Virus record (IMG/VR): IMGVR_UViG_3300032046_006283
Coordinates: 1 to 64,000 of that record
DNA length: 64,000 nt
Source: a virus
Strand: one strand, 5' to 3'
This document shows positions 30,701 to 39,587 of this stretch, in pieces. The position numbers and the translations under genes were made by a program. The notes beneath the pieces were generated by a model. That model had not been told where the DNA came from. It saw only the letters and a program-made list of their open reading frames with translations, and made no database searches. Each line of letters opens with the position of its first letter. The stretch's first letter is position 1.

Positions 30701-31984
30701 TGGATCTGGATCAGTAAAAGGAACTAAAGTCTTTTCGTCTCTTAAACTCTTTTTCACTAATTTATCAATTTTTTCATCAACTGAAGCCATAGGAGCTGTA
30801 GGAGCTACCATAGGTCCTCCAGGTAAAGTTTCTTGAGTAACACCTCCACCAGGAGTAGCTTGAATGTTTAAATCAGCACTTGGAATAGGAGCAGTTTTCA
30901 TTCCTGTTTCATCTGTTAATATAGCATCAATTCCTGTAGTAGAATCAATAGTATAAATCTTTCCTTGATATTCTACCTGCTGTCCCGGAACAGGAACACC
31001 AGCAGCTGTTTTCTTTTTAGTAGAAGCAATCTTTTTCACCTGAATTTGAGAATATTCTTCTTTTTCTCCATCCTCAAATTGAACAACAAAGTTTCCACTC
31101 TCAGGACTTATATAAGTAATCACTGCAAGTTCTCCATGTCTTTCAGTTCCTAGTGAATCGACCTGAATTGTTTCTCCTTCGTAATATAATTCCTCAGCTG
31201 TTTTCTTTTTAGCAACAATTTCTCTAAATCTTGTAAAATCTTTTTCACGAAAATGCATTTCAGGAACAATAAAGTTTGGTTCAGGAGCTCCAAAAACTTT
31301 ACCAGATGTAAAACTCTGAACGCCTTCTTTTGTAAAAGGAATTTCACTACCTTGTAAAGTCTTAAAAATCTTTGGAAGCATAACTTCTCCAGAAGGAGTA
31401 ATACCTGCAACAGCAACCACCCTAAATCTAACATCATTATTATCTACTGACTCTATAGTATATTCTGCATATTTAACATTTTGAGGCCCACCTTCATAAA
31501 TTGCTTCTCTCATTCCTCTTTGAAACTTTAATTGAGGATTAAACATACCAACAGAAACTGCAAACTTTCCTAATATATGTGCAACCCTTTCTAAAATTGC
31601 ACGATCCACCCACTGACTAGGAACATAGCCAGGGACTATATTTTGATTTAAGTATAAATCAGCATTCCTATTTATTTTACTTATATTTGTAGCTACTTTA
31701 ATTATACGATCTTTAATAAGAACAGAGCTACAAACAGGACAAGAAACAAAACTTTGGCCATTACGAACAGCTTCGATAAATTGTTTTCGTAATGAAGAAG
31801 CACCAAAAGATTTTTTACATCCTTGGCATGCATAAGATAAAACAACTTCTTTCATATTATCTTTAACATATTTTTTTGCTTCTTCTTTCTTTTGAGATTG
31901 TTTACTTGCAATCTTTTTTAATCTTTCAGCTTTAAACCACTTTCGGGTTCCTTTATTTCCTTTTTGTTCTTTAGGTATCAACAT
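27746..31984 (-). CDS. Large 1412-aa mosaic protein (Zn ribbons, SH3/KOW-like, ferritin/rubrerythrin-like, coiled coil)
   Basis: CQGC..CPVC; CLDC..CPYC; CHDC..HHFGCD..CPICGGQ; EEEQEGAEMY..DETEH; repeated KEASxKKxA linkers. Confidence 0.8.
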   Translation of the reverse strand: MLIPKEQKGNKGTRKWFKAERLKKIASKQSQKKEEAKKYVKDNMKEVVLSYACQGCKKSFGASSLRKQFIEAVRNGQSFVSCPVCSSVLIKDRIIKVATNISKINRNADLYLNQNIVPGYVPSQWVDRAILERVAHILGKFAVSVGMFNPQLKFQRGMREAIYEGGPQNVKYAEYTIESVDNNDVRFRVVAVAGITPSGEVMLPKIFKTLQGSEIPFTKEGVQSFTSGKVFGAPEPNFIVPEMHFREKDFTRFREIVAKKKTAEELYYEGETIQVDSLGTERHGELAVITYISPESGNFVVQFEDGEKEEYSQIQVKKIASTKKKTAAGVPVPGQQVEYQGKIYTIDSTTGIDAILTDETGMKTAPIPSADLNIQATPGGGVTQETLPGGPMVAPTAPMASVDEKIDKLVKKSLRDEKTLVPFTDPDPDYSVAKQTDVDPDFGVPYEESNQGILPEEDRAVQKMFRGGSSIIPTTTKSAAEEESEEEEEEYRLGLCLDCGETMTHEEWVENEFKCPYCGSERIEEMEKAASLTKTAPEKEELESMVQTCMREKGWSHDKCMNYVAGGIWHRKGDRHKTASLQKRAVKCEECMLEMTDPKTETCTKEYINLKGKGYLRDTSYFDVNERCHDCNIVNKLGNIHHFGCDIERCPICGGQLIGCGHADKDTFVFSKKASSNKKVKKASPAEGIAPFIYEIVTEGVKEGKSFNEIKKIIEEKHPGFEFKEEDYEEAKFGKEASIKKKAEPTGYHETDETGKQIPIERLRMLVEDYVRAGQIPLDFDLTKITSEVSRMTRKELEEIIDKKLKDQHYPVVHAKKENLEKIVQKKDFDSTKGKSSNEIVQEIRKKAEKSFTVGDEVKTIAGLKGSVVDIIPNYKSPRTGIVYTAYEVLLEDGRKMLYSLVDLEKAAYAFLKEKTADLFEKTPEERFEIFADYVLTDEDFAIDVVKAVTRSRSVPQNVKNKVASDLEEFTDERNYDALERAAQTVLDYFKNHLSLMEKWYRKDIDDLITNLEETEEKEASIKKTADLSEKMVEEHIEEEQEGAEMYNDMAKEVECPKAEKALKDMAEDETEHAEKLEEVVLPAVEYEPEEETEKEASKLSVMKKESVSEETIQEILDKINRGLDVLSGWDSGKVKLLDPAKNAKRISKWIEEVESVFGTLSPQTQVHFRPTLDKYKEELDILGGEYLLEKEASLRFALEEVDVKEKPKTEFKELKTKPHGEPSSEEVKEAPVATPEMQKTFHEVQNHKQRLGEIKSLVDEARAKVEEQIRKIQEEHGSVTEAAELQEGIEKLSSLVEQAQTQVIDLGEFFLYLDTSVKEKKFKPSDKWRVEKLLEKFGEDAKIYLEKAERGASSLNEEVQQRVLTMFPKREGSTKEANVFDAIRELGSGLWAYIKSLSEIVEEGNQLELAL

Positions 31985-32027
31985 TTTAAAACCTCCAATA
32001 TTTTATATTTATATTTTATTTTCTTTT

Positions 32028-34256
32028 TTAAAAAACCTCAGGAGACTCAAGATCTGATTCTTCTTCTTCCACTTCTTCTGTTTCCTCTTCTTCTGGTTCT
32101 ATAGGTTGTTCTGAAGGAGAAACTTCAGCACCTTTTGGTTCTTCTTCTTCTTTTTTTTCTTCAGTTACTCCTTCTTGATCTCCAAAATTTATACTAAAAT
32201 CTTTAGTTTCTGGATTTAAAGTAATTGTTATTTCTTCAAGTTCTTCCTCTTCAGGTTCTTCTTCTCCATCTAATAATTTTTTAGGCTCTCCAGGTAATTT
32301 TGGATGACCTGTTTCTTTTACGGTCCAATTCATAGGCTGAAGTTTACTTGAACTTCCTGCGCCTCCCCCACCTCTTAACGCTTCCATTCCATCAGCTGTT
32401 TTCTTCAAATTCTCTTTTTTCGCTCTACCATATAATTGTACTACTCGTTTTGCTATTCCAAAAAGATGTTGAAATTCTTTTTCATTTACTAAATATCCAT
32501 TTTGATCTAACCATTCTCTTAAAGCTTGTTCAACATGTTTTATCTCATTACCAAGATACCCAAGAGTTTCAAGAAATTTTTCACTCTCTACTAATTCTCT
32601 TTCTACTCTAATTAAAGATATTTCAACTGCTGTTTTTATAGTTGCTTCTTTTATAATACTACTAATTTTTTCATTAATTGCTTCTAATGGAATTTCTTTC
32701 TCAATTCCTTCACCTTCTTCTTCCATCTTATATAAACGAGTATAATAATCAGGAAGTTCATTAAGATGGTCTAAAGCAATCTTTGCATAATTTGTAGCAT
32801 TGCCTTCACCAACAACTCCAGAGTGTTCAATTTCAACATTCATTCCTTTTGTAAATTCATCTAAATTCACGAGCTTCCAATCAACACCTAAAGAATCTCC
32901 TATACGTTTTGCTTCATCAGCTGTAAATATGTTTATAAGATTATCGTGTTCTGCTGTTTTCTTAGAAGCTTCTTTCAATAAAACAATACTATATTCTTCT
33001 TCATTATACCATAGTTGCTCGTCTTCGTTCCCAGATCCTGTAATTTCAATAGTTTCGTGCATATCACCATCATTACCAAGGTATTCATCAACTTGAGCAA
33101 TTGTTACACTTGGAGCAATAGTAGTATTCTCTTCTTTATCCATTATTTGAACTTTATCACCAACCTTAAATGAAATCTTCTTTATCGAAGCTTCTTTTTC
33201 AACTTCTTCTCCAAGTTCCTTTTCTATCTCTTCTTCTGTTTCCTCTTCAGGTTTTTCTAAAGATTCTTCAACAGGACTTGATGGAGTATTTAATTCTTTT
33301 AAATATTTTAAAGCTTTAGGATTGTCAAACCACATAATAACATTTTGAGATTTTTTATTTTTTGCAAATTTTAATAAATTTTTTCCTTTTAACCAAGTTT
33401 TAATTGCTTCACTATAATTACCAACACCTTCATTTTTATCTTTTTCAACTAAAAAATCATATAATTCTTTAGATGTTTCAGGTGTAAGATTAATACCAAA
33501 TGCATCTAAAACTTGATCGTGTAAATCTTCAACATCACTATCAACAAATTGTGCTCTCTTTTTTAAAGAAGCTTTTTCATTTACTCTTTTAGTATAAACA
33601 ACTTTTTCTAATTGATTTCTATTGTATGAAGCTTTGCACTTACACTGAATTTTTCCAACAGTCTTCAAACCTTGCAAAGAAATTTCTTTATTACAAACAG
33701 AACAAGAAGCAACTGCTCTTATGGTATTATCTTCAAACCATGAAGAAGGCATATCTTTAAAAATAACTTGAGAACGATCTGGAACAGCAGATCTAACTTC
33801 TCCTATCTTCCCATTATATTTTTCATAAAGATGACCAAAAGGAACATTTATTTGAACTACTGTTCCTGGAGTATAGGAAATTTTTTTGGAAGAAGTCTTT
33901 TCTATTTTTGTTCTTTCTTCAATAATTTCCTCTTTTTTCTGTATTGAAGCTTTTACTTGACGTATAATTTTATCATCTTCCCCTGTATAAACAACAACCC
34001 AGCGCTCATCTTTACCATTAGCATTTTTTATTGTTTCAATAACCCATATACTTCCAGCATCAGCATCTGTTTTCTTTTTATATATATCATAGCCTACTTT
34101 CTCAAAATCTTCTTCATTTCCTTTAAAAAGAATAGCACCTCGTTTTCGTAAAACATTAACTCTTTCATTATATTTTACTAAATTAAGAGCCTTATTAACA
34201 AAATTTGGAATTTCTTCCATTTTTCTTACCTGATTCAAATATGATTTATTTACCAT
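32028..34256 (-). CDS. ~742-aa mosaic protein with DUF5661-like and KOW-like modules
   Basis: GMNVEIEH...KIALDHLNELPDYYTRL; FKVGDKVQI; KEASxKK linkers; acidic tail. Confidence 0.75.
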   Translation of the reverse strand: MVNKSYLNQVRKMEEIPNFVNKALNLVKYNERVNVLRKRGAILFKGNEEDFEKVGYDIYKKKTDADAGSIWVIETIKNANGKDERWVVVYTGEDDKIIRQVKASIQKKEEIIEERTKIEKTSSKKISYTPGTVVQINVPFGHLYEKYNGKIGEVRSAVPDRSQVIFKDMPSSWFEDNTIRAVASCSVCNKEISLQGLKTVGKIQCKCKASYNRNQLEKVVYTKRVNEKASLKKRAQFVDSDVEDLHDQVLDAFGINLTPETSKELYDFLVEKDKNEGVGNYSEAIKTWLKGKNLLKFAKNKKSQNVIMWFDNPKALKYLKELNTPSSPVEESLEKPEEETEEEIEKELGEEVEKEASIKKISFKVGDKVQIMDKEENTTIAPSVTIAQVDEYLGNDGDMHETIEITGSGNEDEQLWYNEEEYSIVLLKEASKKTAEHDNLINIFTADEAKRIGDSLGVDWKLVNLDEFTKGMNVEIEHSGVVGEGNATNYAKIALDHLNELPDYYTRLYKMEEEGEGIEKEIPLEAINEKISSIIKEATIKTAVEISLIRVERELVESEKFLETLGYLGNEIKHVEQALREWLDQNGYLVNEKEFQHLFGIAKRVVQLYGRAKKENLKKTADGMEALRGGGGAGSSSKLQPMNWTVKETGHPKLPGEPKKLLDGEEEPEEEELEEITITLNPETKDFSINFGDQEGVTEEKKEEEEPKGAEVSPSEQPIEPEEEETEEVEEEESDLESPEVF

Positions 34257-35074
34257 AGTCAAATGCCTCCATTAATTTATTTTTAACTTCATCTATATTT
34301 CTTAAAATATCATCTTCCCAAAATCTTAAAACTACAAAACCTTTTTCCTTTGCTAACTGTTCATTTTTAACATCTCTTTCTTTTTGCCCTAATTGAATTT
34401 TATTAAAACTACTAAACTTTTTTGGATTTCCATGCCAATAGTCTCCGTCAACTTCTACAAGAAAAGGAGAATTTAGAATATGGAAATCAGCAACGTGATT
34501 ACCAACACGATATTGTTTCTCATAAGGAATATGTAGAAATATTAAAATTTCTTCCATTTTAAGTTCAGGTTTAGTATCTTTAAAAGGACCTTTATAATCT
34601 TTAACATATTGTAGCATATATTTCTGCTGTTCTTTTCTTTTTTGTATTCCTTTTTCACTTTTATAAAACTCTTTAAGAGAATTTTTTAACTTTTTTCTTG
34701 TTTTATCTAAAACAAATATGTCCTTCAAGAGAATTACTGGTTAATTGTTTTGCTTTTTCAGACCTAAATTTGCCTGTATTAATTCTTCGTAATTTTTCCA
34801 TTATCCATTTTGGACGTGGTATATCTTTTTTTGAATCACTTATTCTTTTAACACCTTTGTTTGTTTCTTTTGTCAATCCTTTATTCCATGCTTTTTGACC
34901 TATATGAGAATCCCTTTTATTTCTTAAACAATACCCATTTCTTTTAACAACATTACCAATAGTTGTTTGAGTACAATCCATTATTTTTGCTAATTTAATA
35001 GTACTTAATTTATCTTCAACATATTGTTTACAAATTTGCGTTTCTTGTTCTTTTGTAAACATTCTATTTGACAC
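34246..35074 (-). pseudogene. HTH-NUMOD-DUF559/Vsr endonuclease split by a 1-nt frameshift
   Basis: Removing one T near 34714 joins ORFs 34703-35074 and 34246-34728 as ...LEGHIVLDKTRKKL..., giving the architecture of the 10171 and 53590 paralogs. Confidence 0.7.
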
Positions 35075-35101
35075 TTTTTTATCCTAATTAAAATTAATAA
35101 A

Positions 35102-35236
35102 TTATTTTCCACCATTATTCTCGAGACATTCCGCACAAACTTTTTTTCCATCAGAATCAAAAAGAACACGAACTTTTTTGCCACATTTATCACATTTCGT
35201 CAATATTTGTGTTCCTTTGGCTTTCTTTTTTAACAT
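35102..35236 (-). CDS. Small Zn-finger protein (44 aa)
   Basis: Translated by hand: MLKKKAKGTQILTKCDKCGK...VCAECLENNGGK; GGAGG RBS. Confidence 0.6.
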   Translation of the reverse strand: MLKKKAKGTQILTKCDKCGKKVRVLFDSDGKKVCAECLENNGGK

Positions 35237-35249
35237 AATTTCCTCCAAA

Positions 35250-35343
35250 ACAATAAAATAATATCCAAAAACTAAGATAACCTTAATTATATATTCATAT
35301 TATATTATAGGAAAAAAAGAGGAAAAATAGAAGAAAAGAGCTC
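35250..35343 (-). promoter_or_regulatory. Probable promoter region for the large-protein/terminase block
   Basis: Non-coding AT-rich gap with minus-strand TATAAT hexamers, preceded by a pyrimidine tract. Confidence 0.35.
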
Positions 35344-35344
35344 T

Positions 35345-35626
35345 TTAGAGTGCTTTTTTAGAATTGTCTTCAGTATCTCTACTGTCACCCACAAGACCTA
35401 ACAAATCGTCAGCAGACAATTGAAGATACAAACACAATTTCTTGAAAGTCTTCAGAGAAGGATATTTTTTTAAATCTTCATACTGCTTAATTCTATTTCG
35501 ATGAATTTTTATTTCTTGAGCCATCTTTTTCTTTGTATTAAAAGGCTTAATCATTTGCTTCCTACGTTCTTTAAGTAGTTCATTATCAATGACTTTCCAA
35601 CCATCGAATTTATCCTTTATTGTCAT
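35345..35626 (-). CDS. XRE-type HTH protein
   Basis: MAQEIKIHRNRIKQYEDLKKYPSLKTFKKLCLYLQLSADDLLG. Confidence 0.75.
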   Translation of the reverse strand: MTIKDKFDGWKVIDNELLKERRKQMIKPFNTKKKMAQEIKIHRNRIKQYEDLKKYPSLKTFKKLCLYLQLSADDLLGLVGDSRDTEDNSKKAL

Positions 35627-37020
35627 TCAATTACTCCTGTGTCTTCTTCGTAACCTTTTTTACTCAATTCAGTAGGATTTTCTTGACAAACTTCTTCAAC
35701 CAAATTATCACGAAAACCTACAGGTTTTTTCATAGGACTAACTTTAATGTATTTTTTCAAAACATCAAGAGCAGCTTCAAAATATTGTTGCTTTAAAATA
35801 ACTTTATTGTTCTCTAAAGAATTACCATCAATAGCAAAACCTGCAGCAGTTATTATAAGTTCTTTTAAGAGGGCTGGAGTAAAACCTTCTGATCCTTCTA
35901 TAATCTTCTTCCAATTTATTTCACTATCAACTTTTAAATCTTTACAAAAACGAAAAAGCATTTTTTGTCTTTCTTCTCTATTAGGTAATTCCATTTTTAT
36001 TATTCTATCAAATCTTCCAGGTCTTTCTTTTATTGCTTCATCTAAAAGCTCAGGATGGTTTGTTGTCATTATTATCAATACACCTTCGTTCTCAATAAGG
36101 CCATCAACTTTATTAAGAAACTCTCCTAAAATCGATGAATTGTTTCCTTGGTTTCTACCCATACCATAAAAATCAGCATCTTCCATAAATAATATTGAAG
36201 GAGCAGTTTCTATAGCTAATTCAAATAACATTTCAATAGTTCTATAAGGATCATTACTAACAATATACTTCGGAGTAACCCAAATAAAAGTTGCACCTTC
36301 AATTGTACAAACTAAAACTTTTCCTAAAAGAGTTTTACCTACACCTGGAGGACCTGTTATTAAAATACCCCTCTTTGTAGGTAATCCATTCTCTTTATAT
36401 ATTTTAAAGTTTGCTAAATACTTTTCAATATTTCGAGTTATTTCATCTCTCAGTTCAGATGATAAAATTATATCATCCCAAGTATGAGATTTTACTTTTA
36501 AAAACTTTCCGTAAGGAGTAATTTTTTTATTTTTCAAAAAACTATGTTCACAAATATATATATTAAAATCTTTAACAATTTGAACCACTTCTTCTTTATT
36601 TTCTTCAGTAGAATAAACTTTTAAAAATCCTACAAAATCACTTTCTCCAAAATCTACAGAAACAATAAACTTTTTATTATCTTTAACTAAAAAATAAACC
36701 CCTTCAGTAACAACTTCCACAAAATTGTCAAGACTTATTTCAACTAATTGCCTAGAAACATTTCTAATCCCTTCATATCCACACCAAACTAATTTTTCTA
36801 CTTTAAAACCTTTTTGTTCTAACACTTTAGGTAAAAAATAACAAACAAGAGGTAACTTAAATATAGGATACGTTTGTTTAACATTATAAAGAGAACCTAC
36901 AGAAACTCCAAAATAATCACTTAGTATTCTTTCTTTAATATTAGGAGGATCATTCACGTCTCGTATTATTTCATATAATTCACCTAAAGTAGCATCTAAA
37001 AACTTTTTCTCTTCATCCAT
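35623..37020 (-). CDS. AAA+ ATPase
   Basis: GILITGPPGVGKT, ILFMEDAD, TTNHPELLD, RPGRFD. Confidence 0.9.
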   Translation of the reverse strand: MDEEKKFLDATLGELYEIIRDVNDPPNIKERILSDYFGVSVGSLYNVKQTYPIFKLPLVCYFLPKVLEQKGFKVEKLVWCGYEGIRNVSRQLVEISLDNFVEVVTEGVYFLVKDNKKFIVSVDFGESDFVGFLKVYSTEENKEEVVQIVKDFNIYICEHSFLKNKKITPYGKFLKVKSHTWDDIILSSELRDEITRNIEKYLANFKIYKENGLPTKRGILITGPPGVGKTLLGKVLVCTIEGATFIWVTPKYIVSNDPYRTIEMLFELAIETAPSILFMEDADFYGMGRNQGNNSSILGEFLNKVDGLIENEGVLIIMTTNHPELLDEAIKERPGRFDRIIKMELPNREERQKMLFRFCKDLKVDSEINWKKIIEGSEGFTPALLKELIITAAGFAIDGNSLENNKVILKQQYFEAALDVLKKYIKVSPMKKPVGFRDNLVEEVCQENPTELSKKGYEEDTGVIE

Positions 37021-37022
37021 TT

Positions 37023-37448
37023 TTAGGCCTCACTTATGTTATTAAAACTTTTCCAAATTATTGACCCCACAACAAGCAATGGCGCTTCCGTCAATATTGT
37101 ACTTACATAAACTGGTATTTTTGCAATATATGTTATAGGTATCTTACCTTTATAAATTTGATTGAACATATCAAATGGAAAAGATACTTTTGATAATATA
37201 ATAGTATCAAAAATATCTTTACTTATAAAAATTGCAATAGGCTTTCTATTTTGTTTCAATAAAATAATTCTTTGTTTAGCCATAGCACTAAGTAAAATAT
37301 CATCATTTAAAATAATGTCTCTTACTTTATCAAAAAACTTTTGTAACATTACTTCACGTAATGTATCTTGTACATTACAAAATTCTTGCAATCTTTTCTT
37401 CACTAAACGATCAAACAAATCACTTAGGATTGGAATCTTTACTCTCAT
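37023..37448 (-). CDS. Hypothetical protein
   Basis: ORF in the operon. Confidence 0.5.
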   Translation of the reverse strand: MRVKIPILSDLFDRLVKKRLQEFCNVQDTLREVMLQKFFDKVRDIILNDDILLSAMAKQRIILLKQNRKPIAIFISKDIFDTIILSKVSFPFDMFNQIYKGKIPITYIAKIPVYVSTILTEAPLLVVGSIIWKSFNNISEA

Positions 37449-37848
37449 TTTCTTTTAGCTCCTTTAAACGTTGATCTATTAACGATAAAATCTCTTCCGC
37501 AAATTTTGTATCACGGAATAGTAAATCAATTAATTTTATAAATTTAATGAGTAGGTCTTCATCACAAACAGTTATAATTGTTTTTGTATCTCCTACTAAA
37601 CGTTCAAAATGAATCCAAGGAACTTTGTTTTCTCCTGCAAGTTTTTTAGTTTCATATACTCTAGTAAAAACAGAATTTTTTCTGCGTGTTTTTCCTTCAA
37701 CTAAAGCATGTTTATATAAAACGTCACCTAAGCGTTTTTTACCAGAATCATCCCTATTGTTGCGACCAGACAATGGATTTCTACGAACTCCAAACCATTC
37801 CCCAATTTGAGCTTCAAAATTTTTAAAAATTGTGTTACGCTTACTCAA
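37420..37848 (-). CDS. PD-(D/E)xK nuclease, probable Holliday junction resolvase
   Basis: FEAQIG...NPLSG...GDV...VEGKTR. Confidence 0.65.
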   Translation of the reverse strand: MSKRNTIFKNFEAQIGEWFGVRRNPLSGRNNRDDSGKKRLGDVLYKHALVEGKTRRKNSVFTRVYETKKLAGENKVPWIHFERLVGDTKTIITVCDEDLLIKFIKLIDLLFRDTKFAEEILSLIDQRLKELKENESKDSNPK

Positions 37849-38482
37849 TTGTACTCACTCCTTTTTCATTCAATTTTACATTAAAAGTCTTCATGGCATA
37901 CTCGGACAGTAATTCGTTATGAGTTATTAGTATAATTTGTCTCTTAAAAGTTTTTGTTACCTCTACTAAAAATTTACCAAAATTAGAAATATATTGAGAT
38001 GAAATCATTTTACCTGGCTCATCCAAAAATAAAGGGCCAGGGATTCCAAGTAATTCTAACACAACTAATCTCAAAATCAAAGATACAATATCTACTACAC
38101 CTCCACCATACGTTTCTGTAATTTGACCTTTAATTTTCTTCTCTTGATCTGTCCATTCTAAATAAAAATCTGCTTCTATTTGATTTCTACGAGAAACAAA
38201 TTCAACTTTAAATTCAATATTAGGATCTTCAAATACAGATTGCAAACCATGAGTAACTAAAATTTCTATTTCATCTTTTATTTTTTTTCGTGCAACGACG
38301 CTTGCTTTTTCAAATAAAAGAAGCACATTTTTATAAATTTCTATTTTCTCTTTATCCTCTTTAAGTTTATTAGTAATATTTTCAAAGAGCTTCTGTTTCT
38401 CTTCATACCGCCCTTTGATCCGTTCTAATTTTAAAACTTCTTGATTATAAGAACTTTTTAATTGCTCAAATTTATTTTTCAT
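37841..38482 (-). CDS. Rad50/SbcC-like ATPase, C-terminal half
   Basis: Coiled coil followed by signature YGGG, Walker B LFLDEP, H-loop ILITH; no Walker A. Confidence 0.85.
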   Translation of the reverse strand: MKNKFEQLKSSYNQEVLKLERIKGRYEEKQKLFENITNKLKEDKEKIEIYKNVLLLFEKASVVARKKIKDEIEILVTHGLQSVFEDPNIEFKVEFVSRRNQIEADFYLEWTDQEKKIKGQITETYGGGVVDIVSLILRLVVLELLGIPGPLFLDEPGKMISSQYISNFGKFLVEVTKTFKRQIILITHNELLSEYAMKTFNVKLNEKGVSTIE

Positions 38483-38726
38483 TTATTATACCTAAAGATA
38501 TTTGAAGTTTTTGTTCAATTTCTAACAACTCAGATTCTATTGTCTTTTTAAGTTTTTCAATTTCATCTGGAAGGTTTTCTGGAGTATACCCTAATGTAGT
38601 AATATCTGATCTTAAATCATCTCGTTTTTGTCTTAAATTTCTTAATTGCTCTTCCTTACGAATTTTCTCAGATTTTAATCTCTCAAGGTCTTTTTTAAGA
38701 CTTTTTAATTTCTCTTCACTATTCAT
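38472..38726 (-). CDS. Small coiled-coil protein
   Basis: Heptad-rich 84-aa ORF overlapping the SbcC C-half. Confidence 0.6.
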   Translation of the reverse strand: MNSEEKLKSLKKDLERLKSEKIRKEEQLRNLRQKRDDLRSDITTLGYTPENLPDEIEKLKKTIESELLEIEQKLQISLGIINEK

Positions 38727-38740
38727 TTTTTCTCCTTAAT

Positions 38741-38905
38741 TTAATTTTTCTTAACATATTTAAAAAAGCCTTTTAAATATTTTCTACAACCAGGACCAAC
38801 CATCATTGGATGTTGCCATTTATCTTTTGGATTAGCTCTTACTTGTATTTCTTTTAAATCTTCAAATTCTTGTAAACAATATTCACAAAATCTTGATTTT
38901 TTCAT
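38741..38905 (-). CDS. Small hypothetical protein (54 aa)
   Basis: Translated by hand: MKKSRFCEYC...GPGCRKYLKGFF; AGGAG RBS. Confidence 0.45.
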   Translation of the reverse strand: MKKSRFCEYCLQEFEDLKEIQVRANPKDKWQHPMMVGPGCRKYLKGFFKYVKKN

Positions 38906-38906
38906 T

Positions 38907-39587
38907 TTATACTTTCTCCTTACCTATCAATTTTAAAAAATTATCTTTACCATGTTTTAAAACAAAACTATCTGGGTCCTCTCCTTCAGGTAATTCTACA
39001 CTCTTTACTTTCACATCCACCTGTTGTAAAAGTTTTATAGCTTTTTCAGTTGCTTTTTGACCCGCAGTATCTGGATCAAAAGCAATAACTACTTCATCTA
39101 CATAACGACATATCAATCTTGCTTGATCCGAAGTAAATGAAGACCCTCCTAATCCTGAAACATTAGTGATTCCATTTTGAACTAAACTTATAACATCAAA
39201 TTGTCCTTCAACTAAAATAATATAATCTAATTTGTCTATTTCAGATTGTGCTTGGAATAATCCATATAACATTCTACCTTTTTGAAAAATTGGAGATTCT
39301 TTTGAATTTCTATATTTTGGTTCATCTTCATTAGACAAAGCTCTACCTACAAAACCACAAGGATTATCATAAATATCAAAAAAAGGAAAAATCAAACGGT
39401 CACTTAAAGACCATTCATAACGTGAATCTTCTGGAGCATAACCTAACTTAAAGAGCTCAATCATATCTTTATTAATACTTCTTTTCTGAAGATATTCAAG
39501 AGCTTTAGAAGACTTTAATAATTGCTGTTGAAAATACTCCATAGCAATCTTATTAGTTTCAATTAAATGTTCTAATACTTTATTCAT
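38907..39587 (-). CDS. dnaG: DnaG-type primase catalytic core (TOPRIM), no Zn-binding domain
   Basis: FKLGYAP, RLIFP, GFVGR, PKYRNS, LVEGQFDV, AFDPDTAG, DPD. Confidence 0.88.
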   Translation of the reverse strand: MNKVLEHLIETNKIAMEYFQQQLLKSSKALEYLQKRSINKDMIELFKLGYAPEDSRYEWSLSDRLIFPFFDIYDNPCGFVGRALSNEDEPKYRNSKESPIFQKGRMLYGLFQAQSEIDKLDYIILVEGQFDVISLVQNGITNVSGLGGSSFTSDQARLICRYVDEVVIAFDPDTAGQKATEKAIKLLQQVDVKVKSVELPEGEDPDSFVLKHGKDNFLKLIGKEKV

